IMG/VR virus record: IMGVR_UViG_3300045051_001056
Coordinates: 1 to 64,000 of that record
DNA length: 64,000 bases
Reading direction: 5' to 3' (one strand)
Source of the DNA: a virus
Shown here: one piece after another, positions 1 through 10,532 of the stretch
How the letters are laid out: the number at the start of each line of letters is the position of its first letter
How positions within the stretch are numbered: the stretch's first letter is position 1
Made by a program: the position numbers and the translations under genes
Notes under the pieces: model-generated
Seen by the model: only the letters and a program-made list of their open reading frames with translations
Databases searched by the model: none
Told to the model about the DNA's origin: nothing

Positions 1-86
1 GCGAGAAATTCGTTTGTCTGATCCGCGTCATCGCTCATAATTCGAAATTCCTCTCGTATAGAATATATGATTTCCTTAAGAGTCAT
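1..86 (-). CDS. 5' end of a structural (ring/tail) protein, truncated by the window edge
   Basis: Hand translation from ATG at 86 gives MTLKEIIYSIREEFRIMSDDADQTNEFL; it lies directly downstream of a -7 promoter box and resembles N-termini of crAss-like ring proteins. Confidence 0.5.
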   Translation of the reverse strand, partial: MTLKEIIYSIREEFRIMSDDADQTNEFL

Positions 87-101
87 TGTATAAAATTTTT
101 G

Positions 102-165
102 CAAATATAATAAAAATTTTCAGAATAAAAAAGGGTGTACGATGACACCCCTTATTATAGCTAAA
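102..165 (-). promoter_or_regulatory. Bacteroidota-type promoter (-7 box TATATTTG) with upstream TTTAGCNATAA motif
   Basis: TAnnTTTG at 109..102; conserved motif at 165..155. Confidence 0.55.
127..151 (-). terminator. intrinsic terminator after the auxiliary capsid gene
   Basis: GGGTGT/ACACCC stem (133-138/145-150) followed by a 6-T run on the minus strand. Confidence 0.65.
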
Positions 166-193
166 TGCTGCAAAATTTCTATTCTCGATAGAA

Positions 194-1183
194 TTAGGCA
201 GGATGGTAGTCGCCAGCTGCATCGGTCCACGTAAGAACCTGATTGTTAGTAGCGGCAGTTGTGAGGTCAATGACCTGACGAACCTTGGCAATAGCAGCAT
301 CAAATGCTGCAACATTAGCAGCCGGAACTGCAACGGTAAGTTGCCTTGGAGATTTTTGCACAGCATGATTAAACTCATCGCCATCATAGAAGCCAAATTC
401 GTAGAGCGTATAGACGGTTAAGTCCACAACGTCCGAGAACAAAGCAAAATCGTACGGATATGCTAATCCGCGCAGAGAATCTGCAAATGCTCCATGTGTC
501 TGATACTCCAAGTCTTTGATATAATTGACGGAGCAGGGATTAGGAACATACTCGGTGTAAGCAACGGTAACATCAGTCAAAGCCAGTGTCGAGGGATTTA
601 CCTGACGGGCCTGAATGTTGAAATCAATTGCGCGACCATCTTTTTTGCCTGTGACAAACGGAAGCTTGATAGATTGGAAAGTGATGGTATTAGTACTGGG
701 AGTGATGGTAAAATACGACTGACCCATTCGAGTCTGAGATGCAGAAACAGCTGCAGCAAGTGCAGTTGCGATAGTCGTAGTCGTATCTCCACTAACGGCC
801 TGATATGAACCATTAAGGAAAATTACATTATCCCTACTAAGAGATCCATCATTCCAAATTCTAATAACTATTTCGTACAAGTCACCAGCAGTTGCTGTGC
901 CGACAGTTACTACTGCGCTCGGCAACACCTCTGATACGGGAGCCTGTTTCTTGTAATAGGTCAGTTTATCTGGATCAATAACATCAGATTTACGAACCCT
1001 TCCGTCAAGATGTTTGACGTAGAAGCAGAACTTTTCTTTACCAGTGATAGCAGCGCCAAACTGATTCAGGATTTGTCCCTCACCGGCCGAAGCGCTAGCA
1101 ACAAAAGTGGCGGCAGTTGTTTCGGAAGCTATCCCATTGAATACAACGAGATCGCGTTCGTTTCTAATTGAAAAAAGTGCCAT
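194..1183 (-). CDS. virion structural protein, probably auxiliary capsid protein
   Basis: 329 aa, T/A/V-rich, in the conserved crAss-like order MCP - unknown - ring - ring - auxiliary capsid. Confidence 0.6.
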   Translation of the reverse strand: MALFSIRNERDLVVFNGIASETTAATFVASASAGEGQILNQFGAAITGKEKFCFYVKHLDGRVRKSDVIDPDKLTYYKKQAPVSEVLPSAVVTVGTATAGDLYEIVIRIWNDGSLSRDNVIFLNGSYQAVSGDTTTTIATALAAAVSASQTRMGQSYFTITPSTNTITFQSIKLPFVTGKKDGRAIDFNIQARQVNPSTLALTDVTVAYTEYVPNPCSVNYIKDLEYQTHGAFADSLRGLAYPYDFALFSDVVDLTVYTLYEFGFYDGDEFNHAVQKSPRQLTVAVPAANVAAFDAAIAKVRQVIDLTTAATNNQVLTWTDAAGDYHPA

Positions 1184-1223
1184 AAATTAAAATTTAGAAT
1201 AATTGTTTTTTATTTATATTTTC

Positions 1224-1955
1224 TTAACTGTTTATGGAAATTTGTGACGCAGTCGTTTTTGCATTTGGGTCATCACTTTTTGACATGTACCCAAGAACTA
1301 TTGCTAGATCGAGAATTTTCTCATGCAACGGGTCTAGTGGCGCCTGTGCGTCTAAATCCGAATTCGTCGAAACTCCCTCTATACTAGCATCTTCCAAATC
1401 ATTAGTAATAATGAATGGGGGAATCTTTTTGATATATTTTAAATAGTACCGAGGGTTGGTCGCAACCAGCACATCTGTCACTATCTCTGAATATTTCTTT
1501 GTTACCCCGCCATCCACAAATGTAATACTATCTCTCCACGCATAACCTCTAGTAGAGGCTCTAAATGGATTATCAAACGAATAGAAGGCCTCATCGTCCT
1601 TTAAAGGCTTTATTTTCCGCAGAATGTTATTACTACTATCCCTTATTGATTCGGCTACAACATACAACACGTCAGATGGAAGTTCATATACTATACTATC
1701 CTTCCTTAATTTTAATGATGCATCTGCATTGTACACTGAACTTATCTGTGCCGACTTAGTTATCGATATTAACTGTTTCTTAATCTTCTCGTTCCTATCA
1801 TAAAGTGGCATCATTTGTTTTACAATCTCATTTGCCGCCTTAGTTAGAAATAGTGATTTCTCGTATTCGTCAAATATGAGAAGACTAACATTTTTTGTTT
1901 GCGCATATCGATTAGATAGCACATCCATTGCGTCTGATAGCTCGTTGTATGTCAT
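1224..1955 (-). CDS. tail ring protein (crAss-like)
   Basis: 243 aa paralogue of 1952..2680 (EKSLFLTKA vs EKSMYLTMA; LHEKILDLAI vs IHDEILDRAI). Confidence 0.7.
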   Translation of the reverse strand: MTYNELSDAMDVLSNRYAQTKNVSLLIFDEYEKSLFLTKAANEIVKQMMPLYDRNEKIKKQLISITKSAQISSVYNADASLKLRKDSIVYELPSDVLYVVAESIRDSSNNILRKIKPLKDDEAFYSFDNPFRASTRGYAWRDSITFVDGGVTKKYSEIVTDVLVATNPRYYLKYIKKIPPFIITNDLEDASIEGVSTNSDLDAQAPLDPLHEKILDLAIVLGYMSKSDDPNAKTTASQISINS

Positions 1956-2680
1956 TCGTTTCTCTGATCAATTTGGATTTGGCCACTGGTGTCCCCAATA
2001 TAGTCAATCCTGCAAATTTCAATAGCCCTGTCTAATATTTCATCATGAATTTCTGGTGGCAATGTGCATTCTGTAGTTGTGTTTAACCCTCCAATTGACA
2101 ACGGAGACAGCGATCCAGTTATGATTGGGGTAGGCCTTTTAACGTACCTAACGGAGTATGCAAAATCTTTGGTTTTATCTATATTTGATTTTGGTATAAT
2201 TTCTACTATAACATTACCAGAAGTATTGCCGCCCTTCATGATCCTCCAAGACTGTCTCTTGGGAGGACTTTTATACGGCTTTGACACAACTCTCTGAAAA
2301 TCCTTATATTCAATAGGAAATACAGATGTTTTGAAGTCATTGCTTCCAGAATCCTTGTAATTAAATCTCTCGTTCAATATAAATAAAACATCATCGTTAA
2401 TTCTAAATATAAGTCCATAATCACTAAAGGGAGTGCCGCCATCCTCTGATGATAAAGTGGCGGCTGTTATCACGGAGGAAAAATCTATATGCCTCTTTTC
2501 AGACATGTCAAATCCCTCAGCATATTTATTGCCCTTTGGATTAAAATAATTACTAAGAATTTGCTCTTGCGCCATGGTTAAATACATTGACTTCTCAAAA
2601 TCGTTAACGCTGAACGCCAGATTACTATTAATCAAATTAAACCTTACATCAAATCTATTCGAAAATTCGGCAGCTGTCAT
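1952..2680 (-). CDS. tail ring protein (crAss-like)
   Basis: 242 aa, MTAAEFSNRFDV...YVKRPTPII...IHDEILDRA pattern typical of crAss ring proteins; synteny. Confidence 0.75.
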   Translation of the reverse strand: MTAAEFSNRFDVRFNLINSNLAFSVNDFEKSMYLTMAQEQILSNYFNPKGNKYAEGFDMSEKRHIDFSSVITAATLSSEDGGTPFSDYGLIFRINDDVLFILNERFNYKDSGSNDFKTSVFPIEYKDFQRVVSKPYKSPPKRQSWRIMKGGNTSGNVIVEIIPKSNIDKTKDFAYSVRYVKRPTPIITGSLSPLSIGGLNTTTECTLPPEIHDEILDRAIEICRIDYIGDTSGQIQIDQRNE

Positions 2681-3558
2681 TGCTTAGCTATTTCTACTCT
2701 ATTTTCAATCTTAAGTCTTATAGGTTGATTTATTGGCAGATCAAGATATGCAGCCGCAACCGCTAACGACGCCCTACCATCATTGCATAATGGCTTTCCA
2801 TCGTCTGTAAAATATTCTCCGTCAATAATTCTAAGTGCACCACATTTGACTCCGCCATCTATAAGCATTTTAGTTCTCAATTGCTTATCCGATATAACCT
2901 GCAGAAATTCTCTGGTTTTATTTTCTAAGATATCTCCAACCCATCCTTGAATAGTGGCTAGTTTCGTGTTTGCAGTAACATTGGAGCCATTGACGACCTT
3001 GCAAATATATGCCAACACATCTCTATCCTCCTCATATCTTCCATACAATTTGTATGCTTCAGATTTGGCCGTAAGTTTTCGATGACTTTCCTGCTCGCGC
3101 TCGCCATCCCTAATCACATAAAATTGATACGTAACCTTATTATTGACCTCATCTATAGAAGGGGCGACAATATTCTCATTAGACAATGCTATCTTGGCTT
3201 TGATAAAGTCTTCTGGCGACGAGAGATCGAAAAAGTTTTCACCCTTCTCCAATTTAACTCTAGCATTATCCCAATAATTATTTTCCTTCTTGTATACACT
3301 AAGACCGTCTTCCCCGAGACCCATAAACCTCTCTAAAAAGGTTTTTTCATCTTTGGTTAATACGTTCTTATAGTCACCATTTCTTAATAGGGGAGTGGTT
3401 AAGATTTTCACAGCACCCTCCATCATACCGCCATATACAATATGTTTTGGATCCTTTACGAATCCCTTCACGCGCGGATAAAATTTAATAACCAGTCTCT
3501 TATTTTCCAAACAATTTGGAATAATTTCTTGTTCTTCCTTAATATCAGTCTTTGCCAT
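2677..3558 (-). CDS. conserved crAss-like protein immediately downstream of MCP
   Basis: 293 aa ORF; position in the capsid module. Confidence 0.6.
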   Translation of the reverse strand: MAKTDIKEEQEIIPNCLENKRLVIKFYPRVKGFVKDPKHIVYGGMMEGAVKILTTPLLRNGDYKNVLTKDEKTFLERFMGLGEDGLSVYKKENNYWDNARVKLEKGENFFDLSSPEDFIKAKIALSNENIVAPSIDEVNNKVTYQFYVIRDGEREQESHRKLTAKSEAYKLYGRYEEDRDVLAYICKVVNGSNVTANTKLATIQGWVGDILENKTREFLQVISDKQLRTKMLIDGGVKCGALRIIDGEYFTDDGKPLCNDGRASLAVAAAYLDLPINQPIRLKIENRVEIAKQ

Positions 3559-3620
3559 CTGATTTTGTTTTTTAAAAGTTTGGAGGGCCAGTCTCCCGAC
3601 CCTCCCTAATTAAATCTATA

Positions 3621-5135
3621 TTATGCTAATTCGCTAGGAATTAACGTTGCCGTACGAGACGGATCCAGAACAATTGCTCCAAGGGTACACTGTTTATGAA
3701 TAACAGCCTTATCCTCATCAAAGCTCATGTTATCATTATTTATGGCTCCAGTAAATGGATTTCTAAAGCCCCACTGATAGCCACGAATTTCTTCTTGGCC
3801 TTTGATTTTTGCAATCTGAATATTCGGCTCGTCCATAGTACCAATGTAGAGGATATCATAACGATAAGACTCTGCGGGTATAATGACGGAACCACGAAAA
3901 TCAGAAGCATAAACTTTGTTACGTACCGGGTCGTCGTAGAACGGGTCTACCTCAACACTTACTATAACACCATTGGGAGCGCGCCATTCTACAAACTGGA
4001 ATCCAACAGACAGCGCATTGTCATGTAATTGAGAAGACACTTTCTTAATAGACTCACCATTGTAAAAGCGAGAACCAGTCTGAACGCTACCAAGCCATCC
4101 GGTTGCAATGTCAGTCACTGCTTTATGGAACTGAGCAGCTCCACCTTCGCCTGTTCGCAACATGAACCTACGCTCTCCCATACCCAATTTGGCATGAGAC
4201 AAGCTATAAAGCATATCTTCAATCAATTTGATTGAGAATTTGCCATAATACTGAGTATTTGACACCTCCATTTGCTCACGAATACCCGACCCCATTTTGA
4301 TAACGTTACCAGACTTACCAATGTTATGGTATTCTCCGGCAGAGTCGCGATTGGTGCGAGAATAGATTATTGCATGATTCTTCTCTTCTGAGAATTCCTC
4401 CTCAAGCTTGAAGTCTACATAATGCATCCATCCATTCATGACAGTCTTATTTCCAGCTTTGTCAACAATAGGAATACCCATTTGGATTTTCATATCATCA
4501 ATATTGCCAGGAACTTCGTGTTTAATACGCAAAGTTGTCCACTCATTACGCATAGATGTTGGAGAAGTAAAGTGGATATCGCCAACTTGGCGAGACATCT
4601 TCTCCTCAACGGGCGAGAAGTCTTTCGAGAATTTTTTCCCCGCAAGCAATTCAGTTCCAGGCATACCGCCAGTAACATTGCCTAGCAACTCAACCGTATA
4701 CACAGTATAAATACCCTCAGGACGGCCATCTCCAATAACCCTTAAGGGGTATAACTCATTCTTTTCACCAACAATTTGATTGCCATCTGCAAACCAATCT
4801 TCCTCAAATACAACCTCAAAGCGAGTGTTAGCAGCGCCTACTCCAGTGGTATTGCTGTCTACATCGACACCATTTACAACGGCCTTAACGAGCTTAATGT
4901 TGCGCCTGGAAGAACCAATTAATTGCCATACGAATTCATCGGATGTGTCAAAATACTTGGTTGGGAATTGCGAAAGATAAGCCTCCAATGATTTACCACG
5001 ATTATAGGCCAAGAGATTGATCATGTTGCGAGCCGCGGCCTGCGGTTGCCCATGGAAGATGGCCCTAACGTGGTTTTTGTCGGTAAGTCCCTGCCACGCT
5101 TTGGGGGCAGTCATTTGAAATTTACCTAAACTCAT
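3621..5135 (-). CDS. major capsid protein
   Basis: 504 aa, WQGLTDKNH...GSGIREQ...TGEGGAAQFH...DPSRT motifs typical of crAss-like MCP; followed by a GGAGGG/CCCTCC hairpin (3582-3605). Confidence 0.9.
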   Translation of the reverse strand: MSLGKFQMTAPKAWQGLTDKNHVRAIFHGQPQAAARNMINLLAYNRGKSLEAYLSQFPTKYFDTSDEFVWQLIGSSRRNIKLVKAVVNGVDVDSNTTGVGAANTRFEVVFEEDWFADGNQIVGEKNELYPLRVIGDGRPEGIYTVYTVELLGNVTGGMPGTELLAGKKFSKDFSPVEEKMSRQVGDIHFTSPTSMRNEWTTLRIKHEVPGNIDDMKIQMGIPIVDKAGNKTVMNGWMHYVDFKLEEEFSEEKNHAIIYSRTNRDSAGEYHNIGKSGNVIKMGSGIREQMEVSNTQYYGKFSIKLIEDMLYSLSHAKLGMGERRFMLRTGEGGAAQFHKAVTDIATGWLGSVQTGSRFYNGESIKKVSSQLHDNALSVGFQFVEWRAPNGVIVSVEVDPFYDDPVRNKVYASDFRGSVIIPAESYRYDILYIGTMDEPNIQIAKIKGQEEIRGYQWGFRNPFTGAINNDNMSFDEDKAVIHKQCTLGAIVLDPSRTATLIPSELA

Positions 5136-5160
5136 AGTTAACTAATTAAAATTAATAAAA

Positions 5161-6294
5161 TTATATAGCCTCCTCGTCATCAAACTTATAATCTCGAAGC
5201 CCATAAACTGCTGCGTCATCATGCTCAGGGGAGGAGACATTCCCCATCTTATCAAAGTTTGTTGAATTTAACACCGACTCTAGTTCCATAGTAGCTTTAG
5301 TCCTCGCCTTTTTTGTCACGAAATCGTCAAATTTCTTGAAACCATCTGTTATCGAGTAAAGCCATGCCACCTTGTGCTGGTAATCAATTGGATTCTCTAT
5401 CTGATATTTTGTAAGTTCGTTAACTAGTGTTCCGTCTTCTGTGCGAGCGACTGGCTTGGTCATTAACTTAAACATCTGATCTTTCAGCTGTCTTGGAATC
5501 TCAAAAGTCTCACCTAATTTATCGGTGTTATAAAAAGCATTTTTTAAATCTTCTTCGTATTGTCTTTGTTCATTTATTTGTTGTTCCCTGAGAGACTTCT
5601 GATATTCAAACTCTCTCTGATTTTCAGCCTCAATCATGGCCTTAATTTCATCCCTAGCCGTCTTTGCCTCAACCAGGTCTTCCGCTAAATCGAAGTGCAT
5701 TTGCGCCATTTTCTCAGCCTTTTCAGGAGCAATGCCTTTTGCCAAATAAGAATCGATAATAATCTGCTTCCTTAAATTCTCGTCAGACGCTAAAAGTTCG
5801 TCAGTGATGCCATCTAAATTGACTTCCCCCCTTTTTGCCTGAACGAATGTTTCTGCAGGAATCCCTTGGCTCAATGCTTGTAAGTACTCTTTCTGTAAAT
5901 CATTAAGCTCATTAACTCCATCCAAACTAAATCCGAGGGCCGATTCGATATTCTTCGAATTAGCTTTTCGAATTTCTTCGCCCAATTTATCGAAACTATC
6001 GATCTCATCATATTTGAGGTCGGAAAGGAATCCTTCTTCTCCAAGGGCTTTGGCTAAGGAAGAATATAGATTCGGCAAAGATTGACTTCCATCCTTGGAA
6101 GACCCCTTTCCATCGACCTCTCCTTCGCCAGCTACGCTCTCCGAGCCTTCGCCCTCACTAGCACTATCTTCTTTTGGTTTGGAACCAGAAGGACCATCAT
6201 CGTCCCTTGGCTCAATATCATCAACATCTTGATCTACAATAAAATACTCATCGTCTAAGATGTTCAAATCTAAATCTCCTAAATTGTTACTCAT
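5161..6294 (-). CDS. putative capsid scaffolding protein
   Basis: 377 aa, very acidic N-terminus, coiled-coil centre, directly upstream of MCP. Confidence 0.6.
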   Translation of the reverse strand: MSNNLGDLDLNILDDEYFIVDQDVDDIEPRDDDGPSGSKPKEDSASEGEGSESVAGEGEVDGKGSSKDGSQSLPNLYSSLAKALGEEGFLSDLKYDEIDSFDKLGEEIRKANSKNIESALGFSLDGVNELNDLQKEYLQALSQGIPAETFVQAKRGEVNLDGITDELLASDENLRKQIIIDSYLAKGIAPEKAEKMAQMHFDLAEDLVEAKTARDEIKAMIEAENQREFEYQKSLREQQINEQRQYEEDLKNAFYNTDKLGETFEIPRQLKDQMFKLMTKPVARTEDGTLVNELTKYQIENPIDYQHKVAWLYSITDGFKKFDDFVTKKARTKATMELESVLNSTNFDKMGNVSSPEHDDAAVYGLRDYKFDDEEAI

Positions 6295-6316
6295 TGCCGA
6301 ATTCTTAAATTTGTTA

Positions 6317-6382
6317 CAAAATTAATAATTTTTATAATATACTGTATATATTTTATTGCATATACAGACATTTATTGCTAAA
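6317..6382 (-). promoter_or_regulatory. promoter of the scaffold/MCP operon
   Basis: -7 box TAATTTTG (6324..6317) plus TTTAGCAATAA (6382..6372). Confidence 0.55.
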
Positions 6383-6384
6383 AT

Positions 6385-6966
6385 CTATTTTCCTATTAAT
6401 TTAGCCAAAATATTGATAGGATTAAATATATTTAATTTTTTTAGCAAAAGTAATATTAGCAAGACGACCTGCCCTAAAATAATTCCAAAACACCATTTAT
6501 ATAATTTGGGAATAAATCTAACTGGAATAACTTTGTCGACAGTAGTTTCCCTAATCGCTCCCGGGATCTTGATTGTGTCCATTCTGGCGATTAGCAAGCT
6601 TGGCCTATTAATCCAAGCCCTTACGTCTAGTTGATTATTTAGTATGAAAGCATTTGCAGTTATTATCCCAAATGTTTTGGTGATTGGCTTCATGTTAGCA
6701 ACTCCGCTATCAATAGAAATGACGCCATTTATATGTATTGAATCTGCAGGCAATTTAACTTTTATAGTGTCATGTATGTAGATCGTTGTATCCTTTCTCA
6801 CAATTGTAGTAGTGGCAACATCTCCACAAACTCTTGCGAACCTATCGCAATTGTGGGCAATTTTAGACTCAGTTAGGCAACTATTCATTCCTAGTAGCAT
6901 TACTATGCCACAAATGGCCGAAAGTGCCTTAAATCGCGTAAAAACGCCCTTAAAATTGATTTTCAT
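6385..6966 (-). CDS. putative unimolecular spanin
   Basis: Lipobox-like LGMNSC after a hydrophobic segment, and a C-terminal TM helix (FGIILGQVVLLILLLL), next to holin and endolysin. Confidence 0.6.
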   Translation of the reverse strand: MKINFKGVFTRFKALSAICGIVMLLGMNSCLTESKIAHNCDRFARVCGDVATTTIVRKDTTIYIHDTIKVKLPADSIHINGVISIDSGVANMKPITKTFGIITANAFILNNQLDVRAWINRPSLLIARMDTIKIPGAIRETTVDKVIPVRFIPKLYKWCFGIILGQVVLLILLLLKKLNIFNPINILAKLIGK

Positions 6967-6967
6967 A

Positions 6968-7177
6968 TTATTCTTCTAATTTTTTTTGCGCTAAAGTCAT
7001 TGCGGAAGATCCAAGAATCAGTCCAGACAATACGTATAGCAATTCAGGTGGAATCTGCTTTCCAATAATTATCGAAGTTTCCGCGACCACCAAAAGAATA
7101 AGCCCAACCAAGGCAGTAAACCTCTTACTACTAACGGTAGAACTATTGCTAAGCAGATTCGCAAAAAACTTCTTCAT
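6968..7177 (-). CDS. putative holin (2 TM)
   Basis: Likely start MKKFFANLL at 7177; SSKRF motif then two hydrophobic helices and a charged tail. Confidence 0.55.
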   Translation of the reverse strand: MKKFFANLLSNSSTVSSKRFTALVGLILLVVAETSIIIGKQIPPELLYVLSGLILGSSAMTLAQKKLEE

Positions 7178-7178
7178 A

Positions 7179-7652
7179 TTATACTGTCGGTAAAACGGCA
7201 AACAATGCATATATCTTAATATTGCCAGCAGTCCAGTCTTGAAGATTTTCTGAGCCAAGAGTTACCCTAATGGTAATATCATCTAAGAGTCCATTAGGAA
7301 TAGTTGCATTTAATGCACTTATATCTACTGGGACAGTATTTGCTATTTGAGCCACAGAGGAAACTGAATTCTCGGTATATCCATAAGTGTAACTAGCAAA
7401 AGCTTCCGTATTTTTATATATCAATTGAAATATATATTTACCGGCTGGTTTCGCATTTGAAAACACTACATCAACAGTGGTAACCCCTGCGGTAGCGCTA
7501 TTTAAATCTGAATAATTTATATCGCCAATTTCAACTGGAACGCCTCCATCGATCAATATAGATTCATCGATTATTGTATTGATTGTATCTACCAGCTTGT
7601 TGACGAAATATTGTCCAGAAATCTCACTAACATTGACTTGAATTTTGTCCAT
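7179..7652 (-). CDS. putative virion protein, paralogue of 10532..10963
   Basis: Shared motifs IGxIxYxDLN, KxAGKYI, DWTAGxIxxYA. Confidence 0.55.
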   Translation of the reverse strand: MDKIQVNVSEISGQYFVNKLVDTINTIIDESILIDGGVPVEIGDINYSDLNSATAGVTTVDVVFSNAKPAGKYIFQLIYKNTEAFASYTYGYTENSVSSVAQIANTVPVDISALNATIPNGLLDDITIRVTLGSENLQDWTAGNIKIYALFAVLPTV

Positions 7653-7673
7653 AATAAAGAATTATATAATTGT

Positions 7674-8207
7674 TTAACACAGGGGATTATATTCCATCGC
7701 CCTATCTAAGTATTTTTTTCTATCGGTTATTCCATTTGTTCCACCATTTATTCGTTTCGTTATTGAAACAAACTTGTCCAAATCGGCTAGCGGATTTAAT
7801 CCAAAAGCCCACCAAAACCAACATGCACTCCTAGAGGCATATTCTGGAGTTGAGAGAAGTTTTGGATTTTCCATCAAGTTAACGCCCAGAGCCTTTCCGC
7901 ACTTATAATAATTGTTTGCCCCAGTTAATTGTATTAATCCTCTGCCCTTATATTTTCTGCCATCACCATCCACTTGGGGAGTATTTCCCAAATCAGTTCT
8001 GGCATCATAACTATCACCACTTGCGAGTTCCTCCATGTATTTAAATTCTCCGCTTTCGTGAGCAACTTGGGCAATGAAATGATTTTCTCTCAGTGGAGTA
8101 TTTATCTCATAATCATTCATTCCCTTAATCAAAAAGGGGAATATTAGGTCCACTCTCCGCTCGCTAGCATTTGGCATTACCTTATATAGAAAATCTTTCG
8201 TTATCAT
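7674..8207 (-). CDS. endolysin, glycoside hydrolase family 19 (chitinase-like)
   Basis: FIAQVAHESG, KYKGRGLIQLTG, SACWFW, ITKRINGG motifs. Confidence 0.9.
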   Translation of the reverse strand: MITKDFLYKVMPNASERRVDLIFPFLIKGMNDYEINTPLRENHFIAQVAHESGEFKYMEELASGDSYDARTDLGNTPQVDGDGRKYKGRGLIQLTGANNYYKCGKALGVNLMENPKLLSTPEYASRSACWFWWAFGLNPLADLDKFVSITKRINGGTNGITDRKKYLDRAMEYNPLC

Positions 8208-8575
8208 TACTTGCCATCTCTTCGTATTAGCAAATCCATCACCCTGTCCACCTTATTTTCAACCCTCTGAATTGTTGATATTACCATGTCCACCTTCGAA
8301 TCATCAGCCTTATTGCTTTCGACTCTCTTAATATAATCTAATATAAACTCGATTCTTTCTGCGGTACTAGATCTTTGCCCATTTATAAGTGAGGCTATAT
8401 CACTCTTGAGAGACACCATTTCTGTCGCATGTGATTCTATGTGACTATTTAATTTCTCGTCAATATTTCTAGTCCTCTCTTCCATAGTGGCTTCGGTCTT
8501 TTTAGTTGCTATGAGAGAGCTCGCAAGAGCTAATAATATTGTAACAACCCCTACCAAGATTTCTATCCAGTTCAT
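8207..8575 (-). CDS. membrane-anchored coiled-coil protein (holin/antiholin-like)
   Basis: N-terminal TM then coiled coil, abutting the endolysin. Confidence 0.45.
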   Translation of the reverse strand: MNWIEILVGVVTILLALASSLIATKKTEATMEERTRNIDEKLNSHIESHATEMVSLKSDIASLINGQRSSTAERIEFILDYIKRVESNKADDSKVDMVISTIQRVENKVDRVMDLLIRRDGK

Positions 8576-8605
8576 ATTTTGCTATTTTATGGTAAATCAT
8601 TTTGG

Positions 8606-9007
8606 TTATTCTCCTAAAAGTATTAATTGTAATATATTGGACGCATCATATCCTAACTCAATCTTAGACAGGGATTCGAGTGGCACCTTAACTGTGAAAA
8701 AATCGAAATTAGTTTTAGTTTCTAAGAATTTGTTAATCTCTTTATTATATTCTGCCTGCAATTCATTTTTTCTTGACAGGTTTTCTTCAGATAGTTCTCC
8801 CTCAGTCTCATTAAGTTCTCTGAGTTCTTTAGGCATGAATTCGTTTATCTCTTGTCTAAATCCATGACAGGTTTCGGAAACATTTTTTAGGTTCCTGGCC
8901 ACCATAGTGTTTAACACTAAACTCTTGTACTCAGATTTTCTCAGCTCGTCCACTGCCAAACGTAAACCATTTTCTACTACAAATAATTCTCCATTCGTCA
9001 ATTCCAT
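8606..9007 (-). CDS. hypothetical protein, possible fibre assembly chaperone
   Basis: 133 aa helical acidic ORF with its own -7 box (9045..9038). Confidence 0.35.
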   Translation of the reverse strand: MELTNGELFVVENGLRLAVDELRKSEYKSLVLNTMVARNLKNVSETCHGFRQEINEFMPKELRELNETEGELSEENLSRKNELQAEYNKEINKFLETKTNFDFFTVKVPLESLSKIELGYDASNILQLILLGE

Positions 9008-9056
9008 AGTTTCTAATTTTTTATTGTTTATAATTTACAAATATAATATTAAAATT

Positions 9057-10532
9057 TTAATTGGCCAAATTTAAACTTCTCTTAACAATCCTACAGCTCT
9101 TATTGCTGAAATTTTTTTCTATTACGGTTCTCGTAAATGTATTGGTTGGATTTATATCGATTTTAGGATTGTACTCTAAGTATTCCTTGTCTGTTGAATA
9201 GTGTCTACAAACTGCAGATGGAATCATCCACAATCTTCCTCCGCTTTGTTTTAAAGCCTTTCCCCACGCCCAATCATGTGCCTGTATGCCATCGCAGTAT
9301 GGTTTAAATGTTGGACATAAATCTTTCCAGAATATTAAGAATCCAGTTCCAGTATAATCTATTACAAATGGATCTAATGTTGGGACGTTTTCGAGATCTA
9401 CGGTTGATCTTGGATTCTCATCGTTATAAAATCCACCCACTATCTTTTGCCAATCTGGATTTCTATTGAGATATATTCCAGCAACAGCCTCTTTAACAGG
9501 ATTACCATTTGTAATATACTCGTATATGGATCTGAAACTATTTTCATTTGGAATAATATCATCCTCTCTCAGATGAACAAGTTCTCCATTGGCATTTTCA
9601 AGTATTCTATTGTACTGATCAGAAAGCAATTCACACACCTCATTTCTCCTATCTCGCTCGTCTTTCCAGTGAATTTTCTTGCCAGTTATAATTTTAATTT
9701 CAGAAAAGTGGTATCCATATTTTTCAACGACCTCTCCCAAATTTTCATCAGAATTATTTATAATAATTAATTGAGGCTTTTGCGCAACTACGCCTAAATC
9801 TTTGACAAGGATCTCCATCCATTTGTTAATAAATCCAGGAATTCTTCCAGAATAGATCAGCCCAATGGTCATGTTTACCATGTCTCTTCTTATCCTCTCA
9901 CTAAGACTTAGTAATTGCCCCTCAGATTTTTCTCTGCCTAAACTCCAACTTCCAGAATGTTGTCGATAATTGAGTACTGCCGAAGATTTTCTTGGCCTAC
10001 CAAGTCTTGACAGCCTAAGTGCTAGAGACCAATCCCACATGGTATTCACGCAAGTTTCCTGCCAGCATCCAACCTTATAAAACGCATCTCTCCAAATCAA
10101 TGCAGATGTGTTGACAAAGTTTCTATTCCAAAGAAATGACGTTCCCCAACTTTTAACTGGCCACCATGTTTCGAAATCCCCAAATGCATTGCACGGTCCA
10201 TACACGAATGGGGTGGATCTATCAAATACTTGTAAATGCCTCTCTATGTAGTCATTCGTGAGAATGTCATCTCCATCGAGAAATATAATTGCATCAGAAG
10301 TAGCATACGAAGCTCCGTCGTTCCTGGCGGCAACAACCCCCAAATGCTTATCATGTGGAACTACGATAACTTCCGGATATTTGCATGCTACATTAATGGA
10401 ACTATCATCTGAGAAATCATCTGAATAAATTATCTCCAGAGGTTTCACGGTTTGCCTAATGCAGCTCTCAATGGCTTCTGGCAAGTATTTTCCGTAATTT
10501 CTTGCAGTAATAATTACTGATACACTTATCAT
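9057..10532 (-). CDS. glycosyltransferase family 2, two GT-A-like domains
   Basis: SVIITARN, SDDFSDD and FLDGDDIL in domain 1; HLREDDIIP, YTGTGFL and HDWAW in domain 2. Confidence 0.8.
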   Translation of the reverse strand: MISVSVIITARNYGKYLPEAIESCIRQTVKPLEIIYSDDFSDDSSINVACKYPEVIVVPHDKHLGVVAARNDGASYATSDAIIFLDGDDILTNDYIERHLQVFDRSTPFVYGPCNAFGDFETWWPVKSWGTSFLWNRNFVNTSALIWRDAFYKVGCWQETCVNTMWDWSLALRLSRLGRPRKSSAVLNYRQHSGSWSLGREKSEGQLLSLSERIRRDMVNMTIGLIYSGRIPGFINKWMEILVKDLGVVAQKPQLIIINNSDENLGEVVEKYGYHFSEIKIITGKKIHWKDERDRRNEVCELLSDQYNRILENANGELVHLREDDIIPNENSFRSIYEYITNGNPVKEAVAGIYLNRNPDWQKIVGGFYNDENPRSTVDLENVPTLDPFVIDYTGTGFLIFWKDLCPTFKPYCDGIQAHDWAWGKALKQSGGRLWMIPSAVCRHYSTDKEYLEYNPKIDINPTNTFTRTVIEKNFSNKSCRIVKRSLNLAN

